Positions 1-9,502 of a DNA stretch of 64,000 nt are shown here, in pieces. The notes under the pieces were generated by a model. It worked only from the letters and a program-made list of their open reading frames with translations. It did not search any database and was not told the origin of the DNA. Made by a program: the position numbers and the translations under genes. Within the stretch, counting starts at the first letter, position 1. Each line of letters begins with the position of its first letter. This DNA comes from an uncultured delta proteobacterium (GTDB taxonomy: Bacteria > Myxococcota > Myxococcia > Myxococcales > Myxococcaceae), in the NCBI GenBank assembly GCA_963796055.1, contig CAWCKH010000004.1:160001-224000 (forward strand), given 5' to 3'.

Positions 1-180
1 CGCCGCGTGCGCCGGCAGTTCTACGACCTGGTCCTCAAGGCCGACGTCGGCGTGGTGGACAGCGCCTTCACCAGGAAGCAGGCCCAGACCACCGCCATCC
101 AGAAGGTCGCCTCGCAGAAGGAGGAGGAGCTGCGGGCGCTGGACGAGGACTTCCGGCCGGTGCTCAAGGACGTCGACTGA
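1..180 (+). CDS. 3' end of an upstream gene of the Glt-like cluster (probably a TPR/helical protein; partial)
   Basis: Frame 1 is open from base 1 (RRVRRQFYDLVLKADVGVVD...RPVLKDVD*) with strong GC3 bias; its stop overlaps the next ATG (TGATG). Confidence 0.75.
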   Translation, partial: RRVRRQFYDLVLKADVGVVDSAFTRKQAQTTAIQKVASQKEEELRALDEDFRPVLKDVD

Positions 181-3100
181 TGCTGGGCCACCTCCTCATC
201 GCCCTGGCCGTCGCGGCGAGCCCGGCCTCCACCTCCACCAAGACCAAGGGCAAGGCCCGGGCCCCAGCGACGAAGAAGGCCCCGGCGCCTGCCAGGCCGG
301 CCGAGGCGGCGCCTCCGGCGACCGCCACCCCCGAGAAGCAGGACGTGTTGCCCGCCCAGAAGCCCACGCTGAGCATGGAGGGGATGGGGCGCACCCCCGA
401 GGAGCAGAAGCAGCTGGACGATCTGCAGCAGATGCTCCACGCGTACGAGGACGAATCGCGCGACTTCAAGCGCGACGTCCAGCTGCTGGTGGAGAAGAAG
501 TACGAGGAGAAGCGCAGCGGCCTGGACGCCAGCTACGAGAAGGCCATCCGCGACCTGGAGGTGAACGAGCGGAAGGACCGGCTCGACGCCATCGCCCAGT
601 TCGAGGAGTTCCTCCAGCGCTACCCCGACGAGCCCCGCTACACCCCGGACGTCATGTTCCGGCTGGCCGAGCTGTACTACGAGCGCAGCGCGGACGATCA
701 CGCGGTGGCGATGCGCGCCTACGAGGACCAGCTCAAGCGGGTGGACCCCTCGAGCAACACCCCGCCCCCGCCCGAGCCGGCGGTGGACTTCCGGCCTTCG
801 ATCGCCCTCTACAGACAGTTGCTGGAGCGCTTCCCCAAGTTCAAGTTCAACGACGCCACCACCTACCTGCTCGCCTACTGCCTGGAGAAGCAGAACGACT
901 TCGAGGGCGCCCAGCAGGCCTACCACGACGTCATCGACGACTACCCGAAGAGCAAGTTCGTGACCGAGGCCTGGGTGCGCATCGGCGAGTACTACTTCGA
1001 CGACTACGACGACCCGGACGCGCTTCCCCGGGCGGCGCAGGCCTACGAGGCGGCGATCAAGGACACCAAGAGCCCGCTCTACGACAAGTCGCTCTACAAG
1101 CTGGGGTGGACCTACTACCGCCAGGACAAGTTCGAGCCGGCGGTGCAGCGCTTCCTGGAGCTGGTGGACTACTACGACCGGACCGGCGCGAAGAGGGACG
1201 GCAAGGCCACCGGCGAGCTCCGCGGCGAGGCGCTCCAGTACACCGCGATCAGCTTCGCCGACGAGAAGTGGGGCTCGGTGGAGAAGGCCAAGGCCACCTT
1301 CGCCCAGATGGGCGGCCGGCCCTACGAGGCCGAGGTCTACCGCCGGATGGGCGACGTCTACTTCGACCAGACCCGCCACACCGAGGCCATCGCCTCCTAC
1401 CGGCTGGCGCTGCAGAGGGACCCGCTGGCCGACGACGCCCCCAAGCTCCAGCAGAAGATCGTCCAGGCCTACGAGCGCGACCGCAAGCTGAACGAGGCCT
1501 TCGCCGAATCCGAGGCGATGGCCAACGCCTACGCCCCGGGCACGCCCGTGGTACGAGAAGCACAAGAACGACCCGGAGATCCTCGCCGCCACCCAGGAGC
1601 TGGCGGAGAAGAACCTCTACGGCAGCGCGGTCTACCACCACCAGCAGGCCCTCGCCCTCAAGCAGCAGGGGAAGCTGGAAGCGGCGAAGACGATGTTCGA
1701 GTCCGCGGCCACGGGCTACGAGGGCTACCTGGCCCGCTTCCCCCGGAGCAAGGCCGCGTACGAGGTGCAGTTCTTCGCCGGCGAGTGTCAGTACAACTCG
1801 CTGCAGTTCGCCAAGGCGGCGAAGAACTACGACGCCATCCGCGACACCGGCGCGGACGACAAGTACCGCAAGGAGGCGGCCTACGGCGCGGTGCTCGCCT
1901 GGAGCAAGCTGGTGGAGCAGCTCCAAGACTCGAAGAAGCTGGCCAGGTACCCGGTGCTCCGGAGCAAGGACCGGCCCGAGGGCGACAAGCCGCAGGGCAT
2001 CCCCCTGGCCCCGGAGGAGCAGTCGCTGGTCGCCGCCACCGATGCCTTCCTCCAGCTCTCGCCGAACGACGAGCGCGCCCCCGGGGCGGCTTACCGGGCC
2101 GCCGAGCTGCTCTACGCGCACAACCAGTTCCCGGACGCCAGGGTGCGCTTCGAGAACATCATCCGCAGCTATCCGAAGAGCGAGGTCGCCAAGTACGCCA
2201 CCAACCTCACGGTGGAGAGCTTCCTCATCGACAAGGACTGGCGGAGCGTGGAGGAGGTCTCGGCCCGGCTGGCCCAGAACACCGAGGTCATCGACCCAAG
2301 AGCGAGCTGTACAAGGACCTGGTCAAGTTCAAGCTCGCCGGCCGGTTCAAGCTCGCCGACGAGCTGATGGCCCAGGGTGCCTGGGACGAGGCGGCGAGGA
2401 AGTACATCCAGCTGGTCGACGAGGAGCCCAAGCACGAGTTCGCCGACAAGGCGCTGAACAACGCCGCGGTCTGCTACGAGAAGGACCACCGCTTCGAGAG
2501 CGCGCTCAAGCTGTACCAGCGGATCTTCCAGGAGTACCCGAACAGCAAGCTGGCCGACGCCGCGCTGTTCCGGGTGGCGGTGAACCAGGAGAACTCGTAC
2601 GACTTCGACCGCGCGGTGGCCAGCTACGAGCAGCTGGTGAAGCAGTACCCGGCGAGCAAGGACCGCGAGGCGGCGCTGTACAACGCCGCCCGCCTGCTCG
2701 AGGGTCAGCAGAAGTACCCCCAGGCGGCCGCGGCCTACGCCCGCTACGCCGAGCTGTTCCCCAGGGCCGAGGACGCGCCCAAGAACCAGTACCGCGCCGC
2801 GCTGGTCTACGAGAAGCAGGGGGACACCCGGAACGAGGTCAAGGCGCTCAACGAGTTCGTCCGCCGCTTCGGGGGCAAGGCCAACCAGGGTGAGCTGGTG
2901 GTGGAGGCGCACAAGAAGCTCGGCGACGCGTATGCGAAGTCCGGAAACCCCAAGGACGCCCGGAAGGCCTGGGAGACCGCAGCCAGGGAGTTCGACCGGA
3001 AGGGGCTCAAGCCGGACGCCGCGCTCCAGGGCGCCGACGCTGCCGCCGAGTCCCGGTTCATGGTGGCCGAGCAGGACCTTCGAGATTTCGACAAGCTGAA

Positions 3101-3713
3101 GATCGGCGGCCGGGGCAAGGCGCTGGAGCAGAGCTTCACCGTCAAGCGCGCCGGGGTGAAGAAGGTGCAGGCCAGCTACGCCGAGGTCTTCAAGTACAAG
3201 CGGCTGGAGTGGACCCTGGCCGCGCTCTACCGGCAGGGCTACGTGCTGGAGAGCTTCGGGGCGACAATCAACGAGACCCCGGTGCCGCCGGACGTGAAGC
3301 GGCTCGGCCCGGAGGCGGTGGCCGCCTACCAGGACCTCCTCCAGCAGCAGACCGCGGCCCTGGAGGACAAGGCGGTCGAGAGCTACGCGGCCACCCTGGA
3401 GCAGGCGCGGAAGAACCGCATCAGCAACGAGTGGACCAAGAAGACGCTCGAGGCGCTCAACCGGTACCGGCCGAAGGAGTACCCGGTCCTGAAAGATCCA
3501 AAGCCGGCCATCGCCGTTGATGTCACGTGGCCCGACGGTCTGGTCAGCACCGCGGCGGCGAAGGAGAAGGGCGAGGCCCGCCCGGCGAAGGACGTGCAGC
3601 CCGCGGCGCCCACGCCCCCCGGAGCCGCCCCCTCCGCGCCGTCCGCCCCGCCCCCGCCCCCACCGCCGGCGCCAGCAGGCCCCGGAACCCCGGTGGCCGG
3701 AGGTGGGTCGTGA
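180..3713 (+). CDS. Large periplasmic TPR protein, GltD/AgmU/NfsD-like; two compensating single-base indels (~1546 and ~2296)
   Basis: Signal peptide and many TPR/BamD-like repeats (YPDEPRYTPDVMFRLAELYY, YPNSKLADAALFRVA). The true middle section lies in the frame of the 1693..2367 ORF. Confidence 0.85.
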   Translation: MLGHLLIALAVAASPASTSTKTKGKARAPATKKAPAPARPAEAAPPATATPEKQDVLPAQKPTLSMEGMGRTPEEQKQLDDLQQMLHAYEDESRDFKRDVQLLVEKKYEEKRSGLDASYEKAIRDLEVNERKDRLDAIAQFEEFLQRYPDEPRYTPDVMFRLAELYYERSADDHAVAMRAYEDQLKRVDPSSNTPPPPEPAVDFRPSIALYRQLLERFPKFKFNDATTYLLAYCLEKQNDFEGAQQAYHDVIDDYPKSKFVTEAWVRIGEYYFDDYDDPDALPRAAQAYEAAIKDTKSPLYDKSLYKLGWTYYRQDKFEPAVQRFLELVDYYDRTGAKRDGKATGELRGEALQYTAISFADEKWGSVEKAKATFAQMGGRPYEAEVYRRMGDVYFDQTRHTEAIASYRLALQRDPLADDAPKLQQKIVQAYERDRKLNEAFAESEAMANAYAPGTPVVREAQERPGDPRRHPGAGGEEPLRQRGLPPPAGPRPQAAGEAGSGEDDVRVRGHGLRGLPGPLPPEQGRVRGAVLRRRVSVQLAAVRQGGEELRRHPRHRRGRQVPQGGGLRRGARLEQAGGAAPRLEEAGQVPGAPEQGPARGRQAAGHPPGPGGAVAGRRHRCLPPALAERRARPRGGLPGRRAALRAQPVPGRQGALREHHPQLSEERGRQVRHQPHGGELPHRQGLAERGGGLGPAGPEHRGHRPKSELYKDLVKFKLAGRFKLADELMAQGAWDEAARKYIQLVDEEPKHEFADKALNNAAVCYEKDHRFESALKLYQRIFQEYPNSKLADAALFRVAVNQENSYDFDRAVASYEQLVKQYPASKDREAALYNAARLLEGQQKYPQAAAAYARYAELFPRAEDAPKNQYRAALVYEKQGDTRNEVKALNEFVRRFGGKANQGELVVEAHKKLGDAYAKSGNPKDARKAWETAAREFDRKGLKPDAALQGADAAAESRFMVAEQDLRDFDKLKIGGRGKALEQSFTVKRAGVKKVQASYAEVFKYKRLEWTLAALYRQGYVLESFGATINETPVPPDVKRLGPEAVAAYQDLLQQQTAALEDKAVESYAATLEQARKNRISNEWTKKTLEALNRYRPKEYPVLKDPKPAIAVDVTWPDGLVSTAAAKEKGEARPAKDVQPAAPTPPGAAPSAPSAPPPPPPPAPAGPGTPVAGGGS

Positions 3714-5053
3714 GAGGCCTGCTCCTGCCGCTGCTCGCGATCGGCGCGCTCGCCGCCTGCGGGCACGCGCCGGTCGCCGCGCCGCCCCCCCGGCCGCTCA
3801 CCACCTCCACCGCGGCCACGCCGGAGATCCAGGAGGGCGCGACCAGGGGGCAGGGCGGGCCGATCGACGCCGACACCCAGGCCGCCATCGATCGGGGCAT
3901 CGCCCAGGGCCGGAGCGGCGACCTCGACGGCGCGCGCCGGACCTTCCAGGACGTCGTCCACCGGAACCCCAACGCCGGTCCGGCGTGGGTGAACCTGGGG
4001 GTCATCGCCGAGCGCACCGGAGACCTCGCCGAGGCCGAGACCAGCTACCGCCGCGCGGCGCAGTGCACCCCGGACCCGCCCGAGTCGTGGGACTTCCTGG
4101 CGCGGCTGCTGGTCCGGACGAAGCGCGCCAGCGAGGCGGAGGCGCTGCTCCGGGGACGGGTCCAGCAGGCGCCCACCGCGCTGGGCGCCCGCAACGCGCT
4201 CACCTGGGTGCTGCTGGAGACGAATCGCCTCGCCGACGCCGAGGCCGAGGCGAAGAAGGTCCTCAAGGCCGACGAGCAGAACGTCCGGGCGATGCAGCTG
4301 CTGGCGCAAGGCTACTACCGGCAGGGGAAGTACGAGCTGTGCCGGCTGGTGCTGGAGAACGCCCGCGCGGTGGACCCGAACGATCCGGTGACCCACAACG
4401 CGCTGGGCACGGTGTTGTTGAAGCTCAAGCAGCGCGCGGCGGCGCTCGATTCGTTCAAGACCGCCGCCTCGCTCCGGCCGGACTTCGCCGAGGCGCACAG
4501 CAACTACGGGGCGATGCTGGTGGAGAGTGGCGACTACGACGGCGCGGTGAAGGAGCTCGAGCTGGCGGTGAGCGCGGCGCCGCAGCTGCTCCCCGCGCGG
4601 ATGAACCTCGGGAACGCCTACCGCGGAAAGCTCGAGCTGGTGAAGGCCCGCGAGCAATACGACAAGGTTGTCGCCCTCGATCCCACCCTGGCCGACACCT
4701 ACTACAACCTCGCCATCCTCCACCTGGACTCGGACATACCGGGGATGGACACCATCGATCGCTACAACAAGGCCATCGCCTACTTCACCACCTACAAGGA
4801 GAAGGGCGGGGCAGACGACCGGGTCGAGCAGTACCTCAAGGACGCGGCGAAGGGCATCGACCGGGAGCAGCGCCGCCGCGAACGGGAGAGGAAGGACCAG
4901 CTCCGCAAGGCGGAGAAGGAGGCGGAGGCGAAGAAGCAGGCCGAGGCCGAAGCACCGAAGGCCGCCGAGAATCCCACCCCGGCTGCTCCCGCCGCGACGC
5001 AGCCACAAACGAGCAAGAAGAAGAGCTCTCGCGGTAAGCTCAAGACCCCCTGA
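3710..5053 (+). CDS. TPR lipoprotein, GltE/AglT/NfsE-like
   Basis: GTG start overlapping the upstream stop (GTGA), GGAGG RBS, lipobox LAAC, TPR repeats, and position after the GltD-like gene. Confidence 0.85.
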   Translation: MRGLLLPLLAIGALAACGHAPVAAPPPRPLTTSTAATPEIQEGATRGQGGPIDADTQAAIDRGIAQGRSGDLDGARRTFQDVVHRNPNAGPAWVNLGVIAERTGDLAEAETSYRRAAQCTPDPPESWDFLARLLVRTKRASEAEALLRGRVQQAPTALGARNALTWVLLETNRLADAEAEAKKVLKADEQNVRAMQLLAQGYYRQGKYELCRLVLENARAVDPNDPVTHNALGTVLLKLKQRAAALDSFKTAASLRPDFAEAHSNYGAMLVESGDYDGAVKELELAVSAAPQLLPARMNLGNAYRGKLELVKAREQYDKVVALDPTLADTYYNLAILHLDSDIPGMDTIDRYNKAIAYFTTYKEKGGADDRVEQYLKDAAKGIDREQRRRERERKDQLRKAEKEAEAKKQAEAEAPKAAENPTPAAPAATQPQTSKKKSSRGKLKTP

Positions 5054-5391
5054 TGCGCCCTGCCCTCCCAGCGCTCGTGGCCTGCGCGGCGCTCGCCGCG
5101 GCCGCGCCCTCCCTCGGCCAGCCGGATGTCTCGGCCGCGCAGAAGGAGGCCGAACGCGCCGCCGCGGCGGCGAACAAGGCCCGGGCGGACGTGCGGGCAG
5201 CGGCCAGACCCGCGGGGCGCTCCGGGGGCAAGAAGGTCATCAAGCTCGACACCCTCACCGTCGAGGGCCGTATCCAGAAACCGGAAGCGTTCTACGTGCT
5301 TCCCCGCTCCAACCTGAACTTCGACGAGCTGCAGAAGTCGGAGAGCTTCGTGCCGAAGATCGAGAAGAGCGCGCAGAAGGATCCGTTCTAG
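5053..5391 (+). CDS. Small secreted GltF/NfsF-like protein
   Basis: Signal peptide; motif KVIKLDTLTVEGRIQKPEAFYVLPRS...SFVPKI typical of GltF-like proteins; TGATG coupling. Confidence 0.8.
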   Translation: MRPALPALVACAALAAAAPSLGQPDVSAAQKEAERAAAAANKARADVRAAARPAGRSGGKKVIKLDTLTVEGRIQKPEAFYVLPRSNLNFDELQKSESFVPKIEKSAQKDPF

Positions 5392-5414
5392 CCGTGAGAG
5401 CACGCGCCCTGCCC

Positions 5415-6734
5415 ATGTCCAAGCCTGCCTCGAGCAGCGCCAAGATCCTCCGCGTGGGGGTGATCCGCGACGGGAAGATCATCGAAGAGCGCCAGATCCG
5501 GAACCCGTCCGCGGTCACCGTGGGGCAGGACGGGACCAACACCTTCGTCATCCCGGCCAGCGAGCTGCCCGCCAGCTTCCCGGTCTTCGAGCACAAGGGC
5601 GGGCAGTACACCCTGCTCTTCACCGACCGGATGAACGGCCGGGTGCGGAACAAGGCCGGCGACCTCGACTTCGCCGGCCTGAAGACCAAGGGCCTGGTGC
5701 AGCGGCGGGGCAACGTCTGGGCGCTGCCGCTCGAGGAGTCGGCGCGGGGCAAGGTGTCGCTGGGCGAGGTGACGCTGCTCTTCCAGTTCGTCAGCCCCCC
5801 GCCGGAGCCGGCGCGGATCGAGCTGCCCCCCGAGGTGCGGGGAACGGTGTGGCGGAGCATCGACCACCTGTTCTTCGGCATCCTCGCCGCCTCGCTCTTC
5901 CTCCACTTCGCCGGGGCGGCGTGCATCATGCTCAGCCCCAAGCCGCCCGACGCCGATCTGGCACTGGACGAGCTACCCGACCGCTTCGCCCGGGTGCTGC
6001 TGCCGCCCAAGCCGGCCGAGCCCGAGCAGCCCAAGGCCCCGGAGCAGACCGCGCAGACCGAGGACAAGAAGGACGTCAAGAAGGACGTGAAGAAGAAGGA
6101 GCTCCCGGCCGACGCCACCGCGCGCAAGGCGGTGCTCCAGCAGAAGGTGGCCGGCAAGGGCCTCCTCAAGATTCTCGGCTCGGCCGGCGGCAACGGCGCC
6201 CTGTCCGACGTGCTCGGCAGCGGCACCGGCTCGGGAGACGTGGCCTCGGCCCTGGCCGGCGCGCGCGGGGTGAGCATCGCCGACGCCGACTCGGTGGGCG
6301 CCCGCGCCGGTGGGGGCGCCGGACGCACCGCGGGCATCGGCGACGTCGGGACTGCCGGGGGTGGCAAGGTGGCGCTGGCCGGCAAGGGCGACGCGACCGT
6401 CTCGGGGCGCGTGTCGGCGGCGTCTCCGGAAGTGGACTCCGCGGACGTGGACCGGGCCGCGCTCTCCCGCTACATCCGCGACCGCCTCAACGCCATCCGC
6501 GGCTGCTACGAGCGGGAGCTGAAGCGGAACCCTGGCCTGAAGGGCAAGGTGGTGGTGCGCTTCAACATCACCCCGGCAGGCCGCGCCGGCGACGTCCGGA
6601 TCGAAGAGAACACCCTGGGGAGCGGCGAGGTCGCCAGCTGCATCCAGAGCCTGATGCGCAGCTGGATCTTCCCCTTCAAGCCGCCCGACGAGGTCCCGGT
6701 GCAGTACCCGTTCCTCTTCACCTCGGCCGGTTAG
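5415..6734 (+). CDS. GltG/PglI-like TonB/TolA-type energy transducer (cytoplasmic N-domain, TM helix, Pro/Lys/Gly linker, AgmX/PglI C-terminal domain)
   Basis: TM helix with SLFLH (SxxxH) motif; C-terminal IRGCYERELKRNPGLKGKVVVRFNI...WIFP..VQYPFLF. Confidence 0.88.
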   Translation: MSKPASSSAKILRVGVIRDGKIIEERQIRNPSAVTVGQDGTNTFVIPASELPASFPVFEHKGGQYTLLFTDRMNGRVRNKAGDLDFAGLKTKGLVQRRGNVWALPLEESARGKVSLGEVTLLFQFVSPPPEPARIELPPEVRGTVWRSIDHLFFGILAASLFLHFAGAACIMLSPKPPDADLALDELPDRFARVLLPPKPAEPEQPKAPEQTAQTEDKKDVKKDVKKKELPADATARKAVLQQKVAGKGLLKILGSAGGNGALSDVLGSGTGSGDVASALAGARGVSIADADSVGARAGGGAGRTAGIGDVGTAGGGKVALAGKGDATVSGRVSAASPEVDSADVDRAALSRYIRDRLNAIRGCYERELKRNPGLKGKVVVRFNITPAGRAGDVRIEENTLGSGEVASCIQSLMRSWIFPFKPPDEVPVQYPFLFTSAG

Positions 6735-6803
6735 CGGATGCCCCCAGGATGCACGTTCGGCCAGTTTGACACCCTCCGCCAGGGCTCCCTACGCTCCTTC
6801 AGG

Positions 6804-7370
6804 ATGCGACCGTCCGTCCGCCTGCAGCTCCTTGCTGCGCTGGCCCTGCTCTGGGCCGGTCCATCGCACGCGCAGGGTCCGACCAAGCCGGCCACACCCC
6901 CACCCACCCTGGAGCGGGCGGCCGACATCCCGGACCCGGAGAAGCTCTCCCGGTCCAGCGCCGCGGTGAGCCGAATGCGCTCGGTGCTGAGCGAGGTGCT
7001 CGGCCGGCTGGAGGAGGCACGGGCCACCAAAGACGTGGTGAAGCTCAACTGCGTCAACGAGAAGCTGACCCAGGTGAAGGGCCTGCTGCGCATCTCGGAG
7101 CAGTCCGACGTGGCCCTTCAGGAGGCCGTCTCGAAGAAGGACGCGACGGCGGCCGAGCACGAGTACTCGAAGGTCAGCATCGCCAAGAACAAGGTCGACC
7201 AGCTGCGGAACGAGGCCGAGCAGTGCATCGGGCAGCTCGCGTTCCGCACGGACGAAAACCTGACGGTGGAGGTGGAAGTCCCAAGCGGGTTGCCGACAGA
7301 GGACCCGACGAACCCGCCAGACGCGCCGGTGCCGTCGAACCGTCCGCCCCCGGCGAGCCCGATTCTGTAG
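6804..7370 (+). CDS. Secreted helical protein of unknown function with two Cys
   Basis: Signal peptide ending PSHA; coiled-coil-like core (KLNCVNEKLTQVKGLL...AEQCIG); Pro-rich tail. Confidence 0.8.
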   Translation: MRPSVRLQLLAALALLWAGPSHAQGPTKPATPPPTLERAADIPDPEKLSRSSAAVSRMRSVLSEVLGRLEEARATKDVVKLNCVNEKLTQVKGLLRISEQSDVALQEAVSKKDATAAEHEYSKVSIAKNKVDQLRNEAEQCIGQLAFRTDENLTVEVEVPSGLPTEDPTNPPDAPVPSNRPPPASPIL

Positions 7371-7422
7371 TCGAGGGGCGTGGACCCCAGGCGGTGACGG
7401 CGCCCGCTCGTTCACCCCTCGA
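7371..7422. terminator. Inverted repeat / stem-loop after the Glt-like cluster
   Basis: TCGAGGGG (7371-7378) pairs with CCCCTCGA (7415-7422); no poly-U tail, so the terminator role is uncertain. Confidence 0.4.
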
Positions 7423-7522
7423 ATCCTGGAGCGAGCGCGCGCTTGCGTGCTATGACGCACGACGGCTTCCGTCCTGATTGGAGCGGACTCTGCACTGGGG
7501 AGGACCGGAGCGGTTCAGACGG

Positions 7523-8803
7523 ATGTCGCCGCACGCCGCCCGCCTTCTTCTGCTCGGCGCGCTCGTCGCGGCGGTTTCGGCGCGCGCGCAGACGACCAGC
7601 GTCTCCACCACCGCCCTCGGCGAGAACAACGGCATCCACTTCGGGCCGGCCCGGTTGCACCCGTACTTCGACCTCGAGTTCCGGTACGACTCGGCGGCCC
7701 TCTACCTTCCGACCGACCCCAACGACCCGGCCAGCCCCGCCGAGCTGAAGCCGGAGATCCTGATGCACTTCCGGCCGGGCTTCCGGCTGGACGCTCCGGG
7801 AACGGATGTCACCTTCGGGCTGAACGGCTACTACGACTATGTCTGGTACACCGGGTGGATCACCGACGGCTCGAGCTCGGCCTCCCGCAGCGAGGCGGGC
7901 GCGAACATGCACGCAGAGATCAACCGCGAGGGCGCGGTCGAGCTCGACGTGGCCGACACCTTCGCCCGGAGCGACCGGCCCCGCGACATCGGCGTCGGGG
8001 TGGCGGTGATCTCCCTCTACAACCAGCTGCGGCTGACCACGCCCATCCACCCCGGCGGGCGCGCCTTCGAGGTGCGGCCCCACGGCGACTACACGGTGGA
8101 GTTCTTCGGTGCGTACAGCGGTATCCCGGCGGGCATCGGGCCCTGCCCCCCGGGCACCTGCCCTTCGAATCCGAGCGACCCCGGGGTCAACGACTACCAG
8201 AACTACGCCGGCGGCGTGGACATCCACTGGAAGTTCCTGCCCCAGACGGCGCTGGTCTTCGAGTCGAACTTCGAGGGCCGGAGCTACTTCCACCCCGACG
8301 CCTCGGTGGTGCCCCCGGGCAAGATCCTCAAGCTGCTCGCCGGTGCGCAGGGTCTCGTCACCCCGAAGATCCAGGCGATCCTCAAGGCGGGCTATGCGAT
8401 CGGCTTCGACGGGGCCGCCTCGACCTTCATCGGCCGGGCGGAGATGACCTGGACCCCGAACGAGACCAGCGCCATCACTCCTGGCGTGCTCCGCGACGTG
8501 AACAACGCGGTGGGCTCGGCCAGCACCACCGACCTCCGAGCGTACCTGAACACCAAGACCTTCCTCACCGGCCGGCTCGGTCTGCACGGCAACTTCGCCT
8601 ACGACTTCCTCTCCTTCACCCAGGGGCGCGGCCAGAACGATCAGATTTTCAGCCTGGACCTCGGCCTCGACTACGCGATCGCCCGCTGGTTCATCGTCGC
8701 GGCCGGCTACGTGTTCTCCAAGCGGACGTCGGACTACGAGGCGGCGCAGCCGTTGAACTACACTCGGAACGAGGTTTACTTGCGCCTCACCTTCACCTAC
8801 TGA
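7523..8803 (+). CDS. Outer-membrane beta-barrel, Wzp/EpsX-like polysaccharide export porin
   Basis: Signal peptide, alternating amphipathic strands, C-terminal beta-signal YLRLTFTY; directly upstream of an OPX gene. Confidence 0.8.
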   Translation: MSPHAARLLLLGALVAAVSARAQTTSVSTTALGENNGIHFGPARLHPYFDLEFRYDSAALYLPTDPNDPASPAELKPEILMHFRPGFRLDAPGTDVTFGLNGYYDYVWYTGWITDGSSSASRSEAGANMHAEINREGAVELDVADTFARSDRPRDIGVGVAVISLYNQLRLTTPIHPGGRAFEVRPHGDYTVEFFGAYSGIPAGIGPCPPGTCPSNPSDPGVNDYQNYAGGVDIHWKFLPQTALVFESNFEGRSYFHPDASVVPPGKILKLLAGAQGLVTPKIQAILKAGYAIGFDGAASTFIGRAEMTWTPNETSAITPGVLRDVNNAVGSASTTDLRAYLNTKTFLTGRLGLHGNFAYDFLSFTQGRGQNDQIFSLDLGLDYAIARWFIVAAGYVFSKRTSDYEAAQPLNYTRNEVYLRLTFTY

Positions 8804-8817
8804 GCGCCGCAGCCTTC

Positions 8818-9442
8818 GTGCCCAGCAACCGTCTCCTCTCCATCCTCCTCTGCGCGGCCGTGCTCTCTGCCGGCTGCAAGGGCCCGCGCGGCTCCGGCGG
8901 CGCCACCCTGCGGGCCGACGAGGTCTCGCAGGCGCCGGCCCCGGCCTCGACCTCCACCACGCTCGGGCCCGGGGATCTCGATCGAGGTCCGGGTCTTCGA
9001 GGAGGCGGACCTCTCCGGCCCGTACCGGGTGGCCCCGGGCGGTACCATCGACTTTCCGCTGTGCGGGAAGGTCCGGGTGGAGGGGCTGAACACCTCGGCC
9101 ACCTCGGATGCGCTGACCCGGTGTCTGGGGGAGAAGTACCTGAAGCACCCCCAGGTCACGGTGCTGCTGCGCGAGTACAACAGCAAGAAGATCTTCGTCT
9201 TCGGCGAGGTCCAGAAGCCCGGCACGTTCCCCTACGAGGAGGACATGTCGATCATCCAGGCGATCACCATGGCCGGGGGATTCACCAAGGTGGCGAGCAA
9301 GAACGACATCGCGGTGACCCGTCAGGTGGAGGGGCGGGAGACGAAGATCCGGGTGCCGGTGGCGGACATCGGCACCGGGCGGGAGAGGAACTTCCGGCTC
9401 CAGCCCGGGGACATCGTCTTCGTCCCGGAGAGCATCTTCTAG
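8818..9442 (+). CDS. wza: Short Wza/OPX polysaccharide export lipoprotein (Poly_export + SLBB); +1 frameshift at ~8980
   Basis: Lipobox LSAGC; LGPGD(L)[50 protein letters not shown]; no C-terminal OM-spanning helix. Confidence 0.85.
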
Positions 9443-9502
9443 GACGCTGCCGGGCCGAGGAGCGGGCAGCGGAGCGTCGGCGGTGCTACGAGTGCCTTCG
9501 CC

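Noticed and set aside
3590..3700. C-rich low-complexity stretch resembling a repeat array
   Set aside because: It simply encodes the Pro/Ala tail of the GltD-like protein.
21..5008. Long antisense and alternate-frame ORFs (21..1592 -, 1106..2893 +, 3383..5008 -, and similar ones throughout the window)
   Set aside because: Shadow ORFs expected at this GC content; Arg/Pro/Gly-rich with no motifs and overlapping clear genes.
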